Assembly (NCBI GenBank): GCA_905178155.1
Contig: CAJINV010000008.1
Span: 2,919,303 to 2,983,302 of the forward strand
Length of the DNA stretch: 64,000 nt
Direction: 5' to 3'
Source of the DNA: Amoebophrya sp. A120
Taxonomy: Eukaryota > Protista > Dinoflagellata
Within the stretch, counting starts at the first letter, position 1; every line of letters begins with the position of its first letter. Below are positions 43,001 to 53,300 of the stretch, piece by piece. The notes beneath the pieces are model-generated. The model saw only the letters and a program-made list of their open reading frames with translations. It searched no databases and had not been told where the DNA came from. A program made the translations under genes and the position numbers.

Positions 43001-46000
43001 CTCGCCGGTGCGTGACGTACCCTAACAGGACTAGAAGACGCTTCTCGAGCTTGTTCCCCTCCTCCACTGTTGCTCGCTGCGAGGTTCCCCGCCTCAGCTT
43101 GCGACAGTATAGGAGCTTCCGGGGACTCTACTGGACCTTCTTCCTCTCTGTCCAGTGTCTCCGCTTGAAGTTCTAAGCCGGCGGTCGATTCCTCCGCGTG
43201 CCCCGCCCCATGAACCTCCAGGCGATGAGCCGAACTAGATTGCGAGTCTAGCCGTCCAAGCGCGGGTGGAACCGGTTGCGATGCGCCGCTTTGGAGATCT
43301 TCCAGGTAGCCCATCTGAGCGAAGACTCCCTTCGAACTGGGTAGGAGCCAGTCGATGTTCTTGACGAGTATATCCTCCCGAAACTTGACATCGCGAGTAG
43401 AATACTCGGCCCACCGATGCCCGTCTCTTGTCCGATCGTCTGTAACGAAGGCGCCCACGAGCCAGCCCGATGACTTAGGACAAAGCCCGAGAAACACTCC
43501 GCGACGAAAGGGCGGACTGAGCTTGGGACCTCCTTGCCCTTCTCTGTCCGTCTTGATTTGTTCACGAAAGTAAACAAGACAACCAAAACGCCTGAGCAGG
43601 CCAATGCCTTGCTTCGCACTGTTCCTTCCTGTCCTCTTCTCAAGGATCTCTATCGGAGTCTCTCCGTCATGCTCTGGCATCTTTGCATATTTATGCGGCA
43701 GCCGGTCCCAACAGTCACCGCTGTAGACTATGGCATAGGACCACAGACGGCGATCGACGTGAACCAACAGTGTACGGCAGGAGCCGAACAGCGTCCGCAT
43801 AAAACGTTCGCAAGTTCCGTTTTGCTCTGGATTGTGAGGAACAGTTGGAGCGTCACAGATCTGCAGCGATTGCATGACCTTGGTCATGTGCTCACTGCCC
43901 AGAGCTGGCGCATTGTCCCGTCTCAGGAACCAAGCGACCTTGTCATCCAAGGACAATGACCAGTCTGCGCGAATGCCTTTGATAATATCTTCCAACTCCT
44001 CCACGCAGTCGCTCTTGTACAAAAGAGGCCTGGCAAAACACTTCTTGATGGCATCGCAGATACCAACAAGGACACAGGTGTGCTTCATGATAGACATGGG
44101 CTTCACACCGAAACCGAAGTCAAACGCTAATAGTTTTAGTGGTTGAGGTTTATAATTCTCAACGTTCCGTGCTTTCGCATGTGGATTCCTCTGTCCTTTA
44201 GTTCTATCGCATTCGGGACAACTGACGTCGAGCCCGTCCACATGGAAATGTCCAAGACGTCCGTGTAAGTAGCTCTAACTTAGTCAAGTAACAACTACTA
44301 GTAGATACCTCGGCGACAGAAGTACAGACAAAGCCGTCCGCAGCATCTGCCTCTCAGGCAGCCGGCCCGAGGCAATTTCCGCTAGTGGAATTTCGTTAAA
44401 ATGGCACTAATTCTGGGAATCGCGGGCCGGTTGGTTGGGTGTGGCACCCTTTGGGTGCGCGCCGTATTCGGGGCGGAGGGCGTGGCGTAGTGTGGCGCTC
44501 CCGCTTTCCGTTTTCCCGGGTGTCGTAAGCTTCCGGGCCGCCTCCCCTGGTTGTGTGTTCTCCCCCGTCCTCTTGGGGATGGGGGCCGCTTATCGCTGGG
44601 CCCTTTCGCGCGCGCGGCGTCTTGGCTTTTGGTGGTGGCCTGCCCTCGGGTGCTCTTACTTTTCCCCTACCTCGGGGAATGTCTCGGGTCGGGCCCTTGC
44701 CCGGGTCTTCGGTTTTTCTTTGTCCGGCATCTTTCCGAGGGGCGGGGATCTTTTGGTGTGGTTTGGCCCATAGGGGTTGCTCCTTGTGGCCATGGCTCAA
44801 ATCCGCCGGGGCCCGGCGCCTTTGCATTTATGGGGGGCGGCGCGCAGTGGGCCCGGCCCTGGAAATCAGGCAGGCGCGAGGCCGGGGCGTTTTGGTCTTT
44901 CAAACACCACCCCGGTCCCGGGCGGTTAATGAAGAGGGTAATCCCGGGGGTAATTTCCGGGGTTAATCTGACCACAACGAAATCGGGAAGGTTTCGTTGG
45001 TTTTGAAATTAGACCAAAAATTAGACTACAGATTAGACTACAAATTAGACCACAAATTACCCCAAAAACCCAAGGAATTAACCTTCCCCCGAGAGGCAGT
45101 CACTCCGCCAGACCGCTGGGCTCTCAATCGGCGCCGTTTGTTCTTAGATGCCCTGCTTTTTCTCGGCAGGCCGGCCGCCCGCAGTTCCCGCCTCTCGTGG
45201 CCTTTGCGTCTTTGAATGGATTCCCCCCGGCCGGCGCCTTTTTCAATTTGCCCCGAAGATTGCAGGGGTGGCGCTCTGGAAACCCACAGACAACAGGTCC
45301 GCCGGGGTCGTGTTCCGGCCTCCGTTGTGATTTGGTGGAGGCCCCCCACGCGCAGGCTTCGCAGGCTCCTTGGCCTTTCTTCTGTGCCGGGGCACCCTTT
45401 GGCGCCTTTCCCGGCGCGCGCCTCCCCTCCCGGGGGGCGCAGGGGGGTGCCCGGAGGGCGGCGCCCGCGATGACTATGCGCCCCCGGAAATATGGCGGCA
45501 AACCCCGCGCGCTTTCTAGTCGGGCCCCTTTGGCGTCTGTTCTCCTTCGCTTTGGGGATTAGCCAAAAATCAGCCCGGAATTAACGAAATAGCTTGCCAC
45601 GGGCCGGCTGCCTGATGCCTCCTGCAGGTCGAACAAGTTGCAACCAAGGACGGGAAGGCACTTTCTGGGATGATTCTTTATGTCCAACACGCGGCCGGTA
45701 CCAGTGTGAGCAATGGTTCCGCCGGTGCTGTGAAAGGTGAGCTCCCATCCTACTTGTGACATGTTACCTTCACCGAGCCAAGGCAAAATCCTATCAATAT
45801 CCTTCGGTAGATCTTTGAAATAAACACCATGTCGCAGGTTTAATTGGTTGGGTTGCAGTTCTCCTATAAATCCATCCCGTGCGCCAGCTGTTCCGTTGAT
45901 GGTACAGCGTCGGCCCGTGATGTTCTTAAAATCATCAGCGTGCTTTGATAAGTATCTATTTGCACAGCTGCCAACTAGGTTTACCTGCTTTGCACCTAGG

Positions 46001-49000
46001 TAACTGCCTGGCTGCACAATAATCAACAACAGACAACATCTTCCCCGTTCCGGATCTTGATCATCGTCTCCTCAGCTCGTTCCGGGCTTGCCGGATCCCG
46101 ATCCAGCGCTAGCTTCATGCCAGACCCAGGCACCACCCCAGTCCTGGTAGACCGTAGGTTCACCGAAACCGGTGTACGCGTTGCCCCCTCCTTTGCCTTT
46201 GCCTTTGGGTTTCCCACCCGTAGACGCAGCAGCGGTAGGACACTCCCACGCGTAGTGACCCCAGTCATAGCATTTGTAGCACTGGATATTCTTCTTGTAA
46301 TCCTTGAACTTCTTGTCCTTCTTGCCCTTCCCCTTCTTGCGGGTAGAAGGATCACCACCCTGGCTTGCGTGGACTTCGGCGGTGACTTTCTTTTTCAGTT
46401 TAGCCTTGAACCGCTTGAGAGCAGTCTGAGACATGAAAGTTTTACCGTCCTTATCGTTACCACTAGCCTGGGGGCGCTTCTTGGAAGCAGCAGTCTTGTC
46501 CTCGTCGTACTCAACCGCCGGGAACGCCTTGCCGAAGCTGGAGTTCTCCACCTTGTACTCACCGTCCTTGATCATGGCCTGCAGACGGGTCGCCAACTTG
46601 TCACCCATCTGCTGCGTCGTCAACTGGGCACCGTCCTCGACCATGCGTGCGATCGTGTCCTTGAAACCCTTGGGAAACATCTTGGGCAGGTAGTCTAAGA
46701 TGTTCTGGGCCTGTCGATCTTCAGGAGCACGAGCTAGGTCGGGCGGAAACACCGCAGGGGACTGGTCCATGACGCGCTTGACCTTGGCGAGAAAGGAAGG
46801 CGGGTCCTGAGGTTGGTCGCGGTCATCGAACTTCATCGATTCGAGACACGCAGCGCGGGTTTTCTGCTGGGTCCTGTTCTGCTGGTTGTAATGACCTTCA
46901 TCACGCAGCTCCAAATACAACTCTCCGGCATTCAGAATGTTGTAATTCGGGCGAGCGTGCAGCCAGGTCTTACAAGAACCAGTCAAGGACTTCAGCATCG
47001 CGGCCTTCAGGTTGCGCCATTTCTGAGCAACCGTCTCAGCCTGCTGACCGACTCCTCCGGGGAGACCGGGCTGACCGAGATGGACGACGACGTTGTCGAA
47101 GTAAACGCCTAGTCCGAGGCGCTCGACCTCCTCACGGACAGAGCGATCCCATTCGATCCAGCCAGTCGCATCCGGCAGCTTCGCGGCGATCTCTGCGGAT
47201 ACCACAGTCATCTTGTTTTCTTAATGAGTCTACTGTCCTTAGTGTAAAGTAGCACAGATTGGAGTCTAAGTCGCAACGCAGTGTTGGACTTTGAACACAC
47301 CTGCCACACTGAGTGACCAAAGCTTCTACCTTCGAGAGGTCTCTAACACGTTCAAACACTTCAATCTCTCAGCAGACAGGGCGAAAGCCTCTGGCTGCGT
47401 TGCATCCTGTGAAGATTCATCAATCAAGGTTCATCATAGACATCATTCCACTCATCACAGGCTCTGAGGCTCCAGATCTCTAGTCATTCTGGGACCTATT
47501 CCCCACTCTGTATGGGTGCGATTTTATCAGGGTCGGGGGTCCCTGGTAAAGATTTTACCAGGGTCGCCGGTCCTTGATAAAATCCGAACCAAGAGAGCCT
47601 GATTTGCTCAAATTCTTCATCATTTGCATTTGGAGAACAGGCGTTTCGGGATCTCGTAGAAGCTTCAGTCTTGCGTGGAGGTAGGGTTTAGATCACATGA
47701 CCAACACCTTCTGAGCTCTGTAGTATGCATGTTGCACAGTAGCCGCGCTCCTTGTAGTTCTCTGTGACCCGAATCCGAAAACGTGATTCCTCATGCGCGT
47801 CGGTGCGCTCTGCAAAACTTTTTCATGCTTGGTTGCATACTGCAGTCAGTGAGTTTTTTTTCCATTCACACATTCATTCTCTTTCTCACCGCGACTATCG
47901 ATCCAGGCTGAGACGTATTTGCACTCCGACAACTTACTCTCTCTGTACGCCTATTTCTGGGACGACCAGTCGATCTTTCTTGTGCTGGAGCACAGTCACT
48001 TTGGGGACTTGCGGAAGCTCATTCTGCAGAATGCTGCCGGCGCGGACGCCTCGGGAGGCGCAGCTCCGCTTATTTCTAAACAAGACATCAAGCTGTACTT
48101 CAAACACACCATCTCCGGGCTGCAGCACTTGCACAAGAACGAAATCTATCAAATGTAAAAATTTCTGGGTCTGGAAGATTCTGAGATTTGTCATGCATAT
48201 TTTGAATGATCCATGATGTCTGTGATGCATGCCCTAGCATCACAGATTTTTACAGGGCTTCTTGATGCGTATTCCGCATGACAAATGCCTTCTCAGCGTA
48301 GCAAAAATTGTATTTCCTTTCGTACTCATGCAATACAGATTTTTTTGGAATCCAAACGCAGCATCACAAGTTGCATTCTTCCAGACCCAGACATTTTTTC
48401 ATCTGATAAAATCCTTTTTCGCGACCTGAAGTCCGAGAACCTGCTTCTCTTCCATCCGAAAATCGTCAAGCTCTCCGACTTGTGGAATGCAAACCGGAAT
48501 CTGGGTCCGGAATAAGCTACTTTCTTGTGATGCCAAGGTTTTAATCGTGAGCTGCAGCCACGACTGGCAAGCTTCTTAGGTGCTGGTGTGTCTCTTACGT
48601 AAAAACCGCCTTGCAAGTTGCATTTTTGCATGACAAACGGTGTGGGGGTGGGGCTGTATCGCAATAGGCATGACAGGTTCATCTTTATTTTCTCTCGTCC
48701 TGCTGTCAGCCAAGCTAAGCTCAAGCACATGACAGACCTAGTAGATATGTTTGAAGTTGATACGACTTTGGCGCGGCGGTGCACGGGCCCAAGGAGTTCC
48801 AGGCGGACAAGAGGAAAACTATGATCGGCAATCCGCTTTTCTACGCCCCCGAGATGATCACGGATGACGCCTACGATTTCTTCGTGGACATGTGGGCCGC
48901 CGGGCTCTTGCTCTTCGAGCTGCTCTTTCACGGAAAGTTGCCTTCGAGTCCGGAATTTTCCCCGTCATCAACGTCCGGAGACGGAGCCCGTGCCGCAGCG

Positions 49001-49384
49001 GGAGGAAATTCAGTGGAATTACCTCCAGATACTTCTAGAAATGATCGCCGGGGGTCTGAAATTGTAGATCGCACCGGAAATAAACAGAAGTTTGCGGAGC
49101 ACGACCAGCTAGCCATCTTTCGCGACATTCTGAAACTTGACGTGAAGAATGTGCTGTCCAAAGCGGCACAAAGCACGGTAACGAGCGCGGCGACGGGTCG
49201 TGATCAGATGCCATCATCGACCAGTGGTGCAGGGACCAAGAACTACCGTGGTCAAGAGCAGTCGTCCTGGTTCCGGGACGAAATAGAAACGAATGCCGAA
49301 GACCTCATTTCGAAACTGTTGGTCAGCCCCGCGAATAAAAGGCTCACATGCGCCCAATGCCTCACTCATGCGCTTTTAGCGTAG
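40011..49384 (+). CDS. Aurora-like Ser/Thr kinase; exons ~40011-40205, 47937-48146, 48414-48480, 48768-49384
   Basis: WTLDEFELGQKLGEGAFGKIYLA, VALK, REIEVQSNLHHEN/LLSLYAYFWD, FRDLKSEN, DFG, YAPEM and DMWAAG assemble in frame after removing three DR-bounded inserts. Confidence 0.85.
40305..40898 (-). repeat. 3' LTR (594 bp)
   Basis: Direct repeat of 47282-47706 with about 5 transitions and an extra 169 bp (40543-40711). Confidence 0.93.
40899..40907 (-). promoter_or_regulatory. Polypurine tract
   Basis: GAGGAGGGG on the minus strand, directly abutting the 3' LTR. Confidence 0.8.
40993..44265 (-). CDS. pol: copia pol: integrase - reverse transcriptase - RNase H
   Basis: HGRLGH...CPEC zinc finger, D(AFDF)-D(RDNA)-E(NGTCER), YKARAC, KALYGLKDAPRAW, YVDD, FSDA, STAESEY and VDNQSAI. 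Confidence 0.95.
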   Translation of the reverse strand, partial: HGRLGHFHVDGLDVSCPECDRTKGQRNPHAKARNVENYKPQPLKLLAFDFGFGVKPMSIMKHTCVLVGICDAIKKCFARPLLYKSDCVEELEDIIKGIRADWSLSLDDKVAWFLRRDNAPALGSEHMTKVMQSLQICDAPTVPHNPEQNGTCERFMRTLFGSCRTLLVHVDRRLWSYAIVYSGDCWDRLPHKYAKMPEHDGETPIEILEKRTGRNSAKQGIGLLRRFGCLVYFREQIKTDREGQGGPKLSPPFRRGVFLGLCPKSSGWLVGAFVTDDRTRDGHRWAEYSTRDVKFREDILVKNIDWLLPSSKGVFAQMGYLEDLQSGASQPVPPALGRLDSQSSSAHRLEVHGAGHAEESTAGLELQAETLDREEEGPVESPEAPILSQAEAGNLAASNSGGGEQAREASSSPVRVRHAPARVVAGNRNSKPGRGRPKGAKDKKKRSRRTKAQLEKLKKNAEAFAAANWNAIGMLDDGEEIVEAIAMLTNADSWEAYLSAEKAVKLPDAELAAKWQKVTDKEEARLLAYETRKPASDEELATAKQVLPIAIILTVKRDGTYKARACVLGNLDRSGDIDTFAPVVSHAANRLLLVSAAADGAHVIPHDLDSAFLNALLDRDVYCRLPPIWAAKHKTAVVKLHKALYGLKDAPRAWFKKYESILTELGWEPCPSAPGLWRKPSLSHPGRYLKLAVYVDDNLIAGPDLAELRAELRKTLSRVPGREIAVELFTDSNGIEWQKFDFLGAIVYYSREHKSARVTMEEYIEKIAKKFAVTLGKPVRSPNFDESALTEEDLEELKDYPLRSVVGALQWIATTARPDICVPVSTLARYVSKPATKRIADACRKVIKFLLTTKEVGLSYSPEEEETLSEIHQKLAPEGRDVPRLNLFSDAGFANCLKTMRSTTGSIMYYRGFPICWRSNRQTVRAYSTAESEYIAASHTIVLSEQNDFADFFAPLPTRMVETQDGLSPSLGDAILWVDNQSAIATAKSTDTEPKSRHCALRYLRVRDAASRIVFCPTHLMKADGLTKLECSAPQRRLLLHHVDNPVISCDSSHPDAQSDDEDDSDASFYTSFYDDSGVALVLYAVDFGF
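44354..45615. mobile_element. Non-autonomous GC-rich TIR element (1262 bp), 6-bp TSD TGCCTC
   Basis: 22-bp TIR TCAGGCAGCCGGCCCG(A/T)GGCAA with 1 mismatch. TSD at 44348-44353 and 45616-45621. Removal rejoins pol in frame (DLQEA/DAADG). Confidence 0.9.
45616..46071 (-). pseudogene. copia protease region, in frame after the gag UGA
   Basis: NLVGSCANRYLS lies at the position of the copia DSGA motif (Asp apparently changed to Gly). Truncated by the TIR insert. Confidence 0.7.
46072..47211 (-). CDS. gag: copia Gag
   Basis: 379-aa ORF after the 5' LTR with zinc knuckle CYKCYDWGHYAWEC. Confidence 0.9.
   Translation of the reverse strand: MTVVSAEIAAKLPDATGWIEWDRSVREEVERLGLGVYFDNVVVHLGQPGLPGGVGQQAETVAQKWRNLKAAMLKSLTGSCKTWLHARPNYNILNAGELYLELRDEGHYNQQNRTQQKTRAACLESMKFDDRDQPQDPPSFLAKVKRVMDQSPAVFPPDLARAPEDRQAQNILDYLPKMFPKGFKDTIARMVEDGAQLTTQQMGDKLATRLQAMIKDGEYKVENSSFGKAFPAVEYDEDKTAASKKRPQASGNDKDGKTFMSQTALKRFKAKLKKKVTAEVHASQGGDPSTRKKGKGKKDKKFKDYKKNIQCYKCYDWGHYAWECPTAAASTGGKPKGKGKGGGNAYTGFGEPTVYQDWGGAWVWHEASAGSGSGKPGTS
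47282..47706 (-). repeat. 5' LTR (425 bp)
   Basis: TG...CA termini. Matches 40305-40898. Confidence 0.93.
48147..48408. mobile_element. Introner family C (DR AAATC)
   Basis: Family C TIR. DR at 48142-48146 and 48409-48413. Reverse complement of 51953-52214. Confidence 0.9.
48481..48762. mobile_element. Degraded introner splitting the DFG motif (DR CGACT)
   Basis: DR at 48476-48480 and 48763-48767. Residual CTGGGTC and GCATGACA motifs. The left end reads TGT rather than TAT. Confidence 0.7.
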
Positions 49385-50314
49385 AGACGCACGGTGCGGA
49401 CAACAACATTTTGGTAGAAACGTGGCTGATTTGAAAGAATGAGAATATTTCAAGTACATGTGAAACGCTGGCCAATTTTCAAAAATGGCCTAGAAAACCG
49501 TCCGCGAGTTCGACGCGCGCGGAGGGTCTAAAGCCTAAACCCTCAACAATCGAAAGTCGCGTTTCTACAGACGAGTGACAACTCGAGAACGACATGTCGA
49601 TTCATATTTTGAGAGCAGAGGGACAGATCTCGGAGTGCAAACCTAGTGTTATGGACACGGCCTTGATGTTGCTCGCGCCGACCGAGTGAAAAAAAAATGT
49701 ACCGCTAGTCGCGTGACTCGAAATTTTTTGACAAGGCATTGGAGAAGAGCACAAGATACTTCATATACATTCATTAACCTCCGTACTTCTAGCACTGGAA
49801 TTTCTTGATGATGTAGATCAGAAAATGAAAAGATGCCGCCGTCGACGTAAAAGTCACCACTCGCGGTGGTGCCGCGCAGGAGCGGAATCGGGCCACCTGT
49901 GAATACGCTGCGCGGCTTCGGCGTGGCTGTTGGAGAAGCTTCCCGTGGGGGAACCGTTTCTTGGGCATTGACGCACGGCAAGCGGAAAAGGGTAGAGCCG
50001 GCTGGGCTTGTGCTCGTGACTCGGTACTACGTGTTTTCTGCTTGAAGACACGAAAAGGGACGACGGCAACTTCCAGCAGGCTGTTGACAACTTGTCATCT
50101 AAGCTGAGCCGACGTGACACCGCTCTCTCTCATAACGCGCACTCGTCGCCTGTGGCAGAAGGAGCAGCGCCCACGGGCACCGAAGAATTTGGAGCTTCTA
50201 TCTTACCAGCACCTTGTACTGGAAGATTGTGACTCGACACTGCAGATCTTGTTCTGCTGACACGAACTACTAAGCTGCCCTAGTACTAACAACCCGCTTC
50301 GCCTTCTCGCCAAG

Positions 50315-53300
50315 ATGGGGATGTTTGGGCCGAGCAAGCAGCTGCTAAAGCTGGCCACTTTAGCGGCGGACATGCGGAAGGACTTGACAAATCTGGAGAA
50401 ACAGATGGAGGCCGTCCAGGAGGAGGGAAACAAAAAGCAGGAAGCCATGGCGTTCGAAATCGAACAGCTGAAGCAGAAACTCGGTATTGTTTGTACAGGA
50501 TTTAAAAAAAATTAAGAAGCTCCTTCTACTACTACTATGCCTGCGCACGACGGCATGTTGAGCTCGTCACGAGTTTTTTTCCTGGTTTGTTTCCTGCATC
50601 TTGACCTCCACGACAGATCTGCGTGTTTGATAAAGCATAGTTTGTATGCATTGTAATCAAAATGAAACACCACGAACCTCACCAGATAAAATGACGTCGA
50701 TCCTGCAAGCGCACGTGAAGGCTGTGTTGCCGAGAATAGAAGCCGAGGAGAAAGTATGAGAATGCAGAACTCCCCCTCGTGGTCATTCTACTCATTTCTG
50801 ATGCAAAGCACGAGCAAATTTGTCCATGTCTACTATGGATGACAAAAACTACACGGAAAGTAGCTTAGACAGCACTTCAGGTGGCACATAAACCATGCGC
50901 AGGCTCTATTTCTTTCGCGGGCATAAGAAGTTCAGGCCCGTGCAATGAGGGGGAGGGGGTGTTGTTCGGCGGTATAGAAAAAAACCGAGGAGTTTGAGGA
51001 GCGTATCTCGCGTTTAGAGTCCGGCGACATGGATCCGAAGCGGCGGGGGCGCGGCCGCGGCGGCGTCGATTTGACAGACATTGTGGAGGAACACGATACC
51101 AAAATCGAGGAATTGGTCAACATCATGCAGGTATAAATGAAAATGGCTTCTTGTGCTGGTAGTGAACGTTGTGATATACTGCAGTCAAACTACCGACTGC
51201 GATCAGTAAAATGGGATTGAGTCAAGTTGTTTTTGTACCTACGATTCTTGCCGCGCCGTCTGTGCCAACACGGCGGTGCGAGTGGAACATACTTGTACTA
51301 CGCCTAAATGGATGCTGAAAAAAAAAAACGCAATCCGCGACTTTGATCAGAACGACATCCTGCCAAAGTTTTCGCCGGTGGAAAAAGAGGTGAACACGAT
51401 GCGTACCGAAGTGAACACGCTGAAGGAAACTGTGGACCACATGGACGCGCGGATCGTGGAGTGCGAAGGCGCAGCCACGGCCGCAAGGAGCGTCGCAAAT
51501 GAGTTTGGCGACCTGAAATCTCTATTGTTGAAGAAGGTAGAAGTTATTGGTTCACCGAAGGTGCTGGTGCCCCGTCTGTGTGATACTATAGTTTATTAGA
51601 AACAAAACTATCGAACAAGCAGAAGCGCTTATGCTACCCTCCGACTTTTCACTTGCAGTGTTGTCTCCTCATGGGACTGCTTCCTTTCATTTAAGTATTT
51701 GATTCGCTGTTGATCTTTACGTCTTGGGCGAATTTCAACGATCCTACGTCTGTGCTGCCGATACTTGTTGGGTCATCCTGAAAAATATGGACATCCTTGT
51801 GTGATATTTTAATTTTGTTGACTGTTCTTTATCAACTCGTCGGTAGGTCGAAGACGTGTGCGAGGACACCCTGAATCTTCGATACGACTACGATTTGATG
51901 CTGCACACCAACACGCGATTTGTGAACTGGAAGATTGATGCGGCCAGGACGATATCAAATGTAAAAATGTCTGGGTCTGGAAGAATGCAACTTGTGATGC
52001 TGCATTTGGATTCCAAAAAAATCTGTATTGCATGAGTACCAAAGGAAATGCAATTTTTGCTACGCTGAGAAGGCATTTGTCATGCGGAATACGCATCAAG
52101 AAGCCCTCAAAAAATCTGTATTGCTAGCGTATGCATCACAGACATCATGGCTCATGCAAAACGTGCATGACAAGTGTCAGAATCTTCCAGACCCAGACAT
52201 TTTTACAGTTGATAGACGAAAATCACGGAGATGTTCCTCCGGTCCTGTTATGAATTGCAAATATGTCTGGGTCTGGAAACTTGTGATGCAAAAAGTGGAT
52301 GATAGCCGGACTGCAATACGCAGCTATGCATCACAAATTTTTTGGCTGCCATGTCTGACGTATTCCGCATGGCAAACTGCGTTTTTGCATGACAGGTAAG
52401 AGGGTCTTTTCGTGCCTATGCAACACAGATTCTCGAATCATGCCAGACAAGCATGACAAACTTGCATTCTTCCGGACCCAGACATTTTTACATTTGATAC
52501 CTGTTCGCTGTGGTCCCCGCCCTTCACCATGGCCACTTTCCCGGTGATGTACCTGCAACTGCGGGTGCAGGCCGGCGATTCCCCGGGCAGCCAGTCCGCG
52601 GCCCGCCAGGTGCAGAACCTGGGCCGGCACCTGCCGACTAACGGCGGCCTCATCGTCACGGTGTGGACCCAGCCGGGCGTGGAGGCCGTGTTCAGAATAA
52701 GCGTTGGACCCGTTACGAAAAAGTTCCGCGCGATTTTCGAGCGCGACGAATCGAACCCAGAGCAAGAGGTAGTCGGCTGCACCGTTGTACGCTTCGCAAA
52801 ATACTTACTATCGCATAGTGCGTGCACGTGCAGTAAAGCGCACTGAAATTGGTGGAAAAAAATGAATTCAACCCAGGCGGTTCGGACGTGTGAGGAACTA
52901 CTGGCAAAACCAAAGATGCGAAGTGATTGTGATTCTGCACCTGCTGCACTTGCATGCGTAGAAACAGTATGCGATAGTACTTTTGCACGGGATGGGTGAC
53001 AAATTTTTGCGCGCTTGACCCGGCCTGGAACCGATTAAACGACACGATCACAGTGGGACTTGAGATCATGGAGGCGGATTTGACAGGAACTGTACTCAAG
53101 TTTCTACGGTTTTTGGTTCTACTTCTCGTAATTCTTTTGTTTCCTCTGCTACGCCTACAGGTCTGGGCAGTGCCCTGCAAGAACTTCGAGAAAATCTTAT
53201 TCCCCCGTTGCAGGTCATACGTAAGTCGGGTGTGGTGCAAGATTGCCTACAATTTTTTACTAGCATACCACGAATCACACCCATCAGTCGTTGTGACTTT

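Larger units (their letters stand above)
40305..47706 (-). mobile_element. Ty1/copia LTR retrotransposon, full length but disabled; TSD CCTTC
   Basis: Two LTRs with TGTTGG...CCAACA ends. TSD at 40300-40304 and 47707-47711. Domain order gag-PR-IN-RT-RH on the minus strand. Confidence 0.96.
40206..47931. mobile_element. Aged family C introner expanded by a copia insertion (DR ACTTG/ACTTA)
   Basis: TATCAAGTGCAAATAGTTCTGGGTCTGGA versus the inverted TCCAGGCTGAGACGTATTTGCACTCCGACA. About 320 bp without the nested element. Confidence 0.8.

Noticed and set aside
44396-45562. ORFs within the TIR insert as a possible transposase
   Set aside because: Short, low-complexity, on both strands, with no DDE or other motif.
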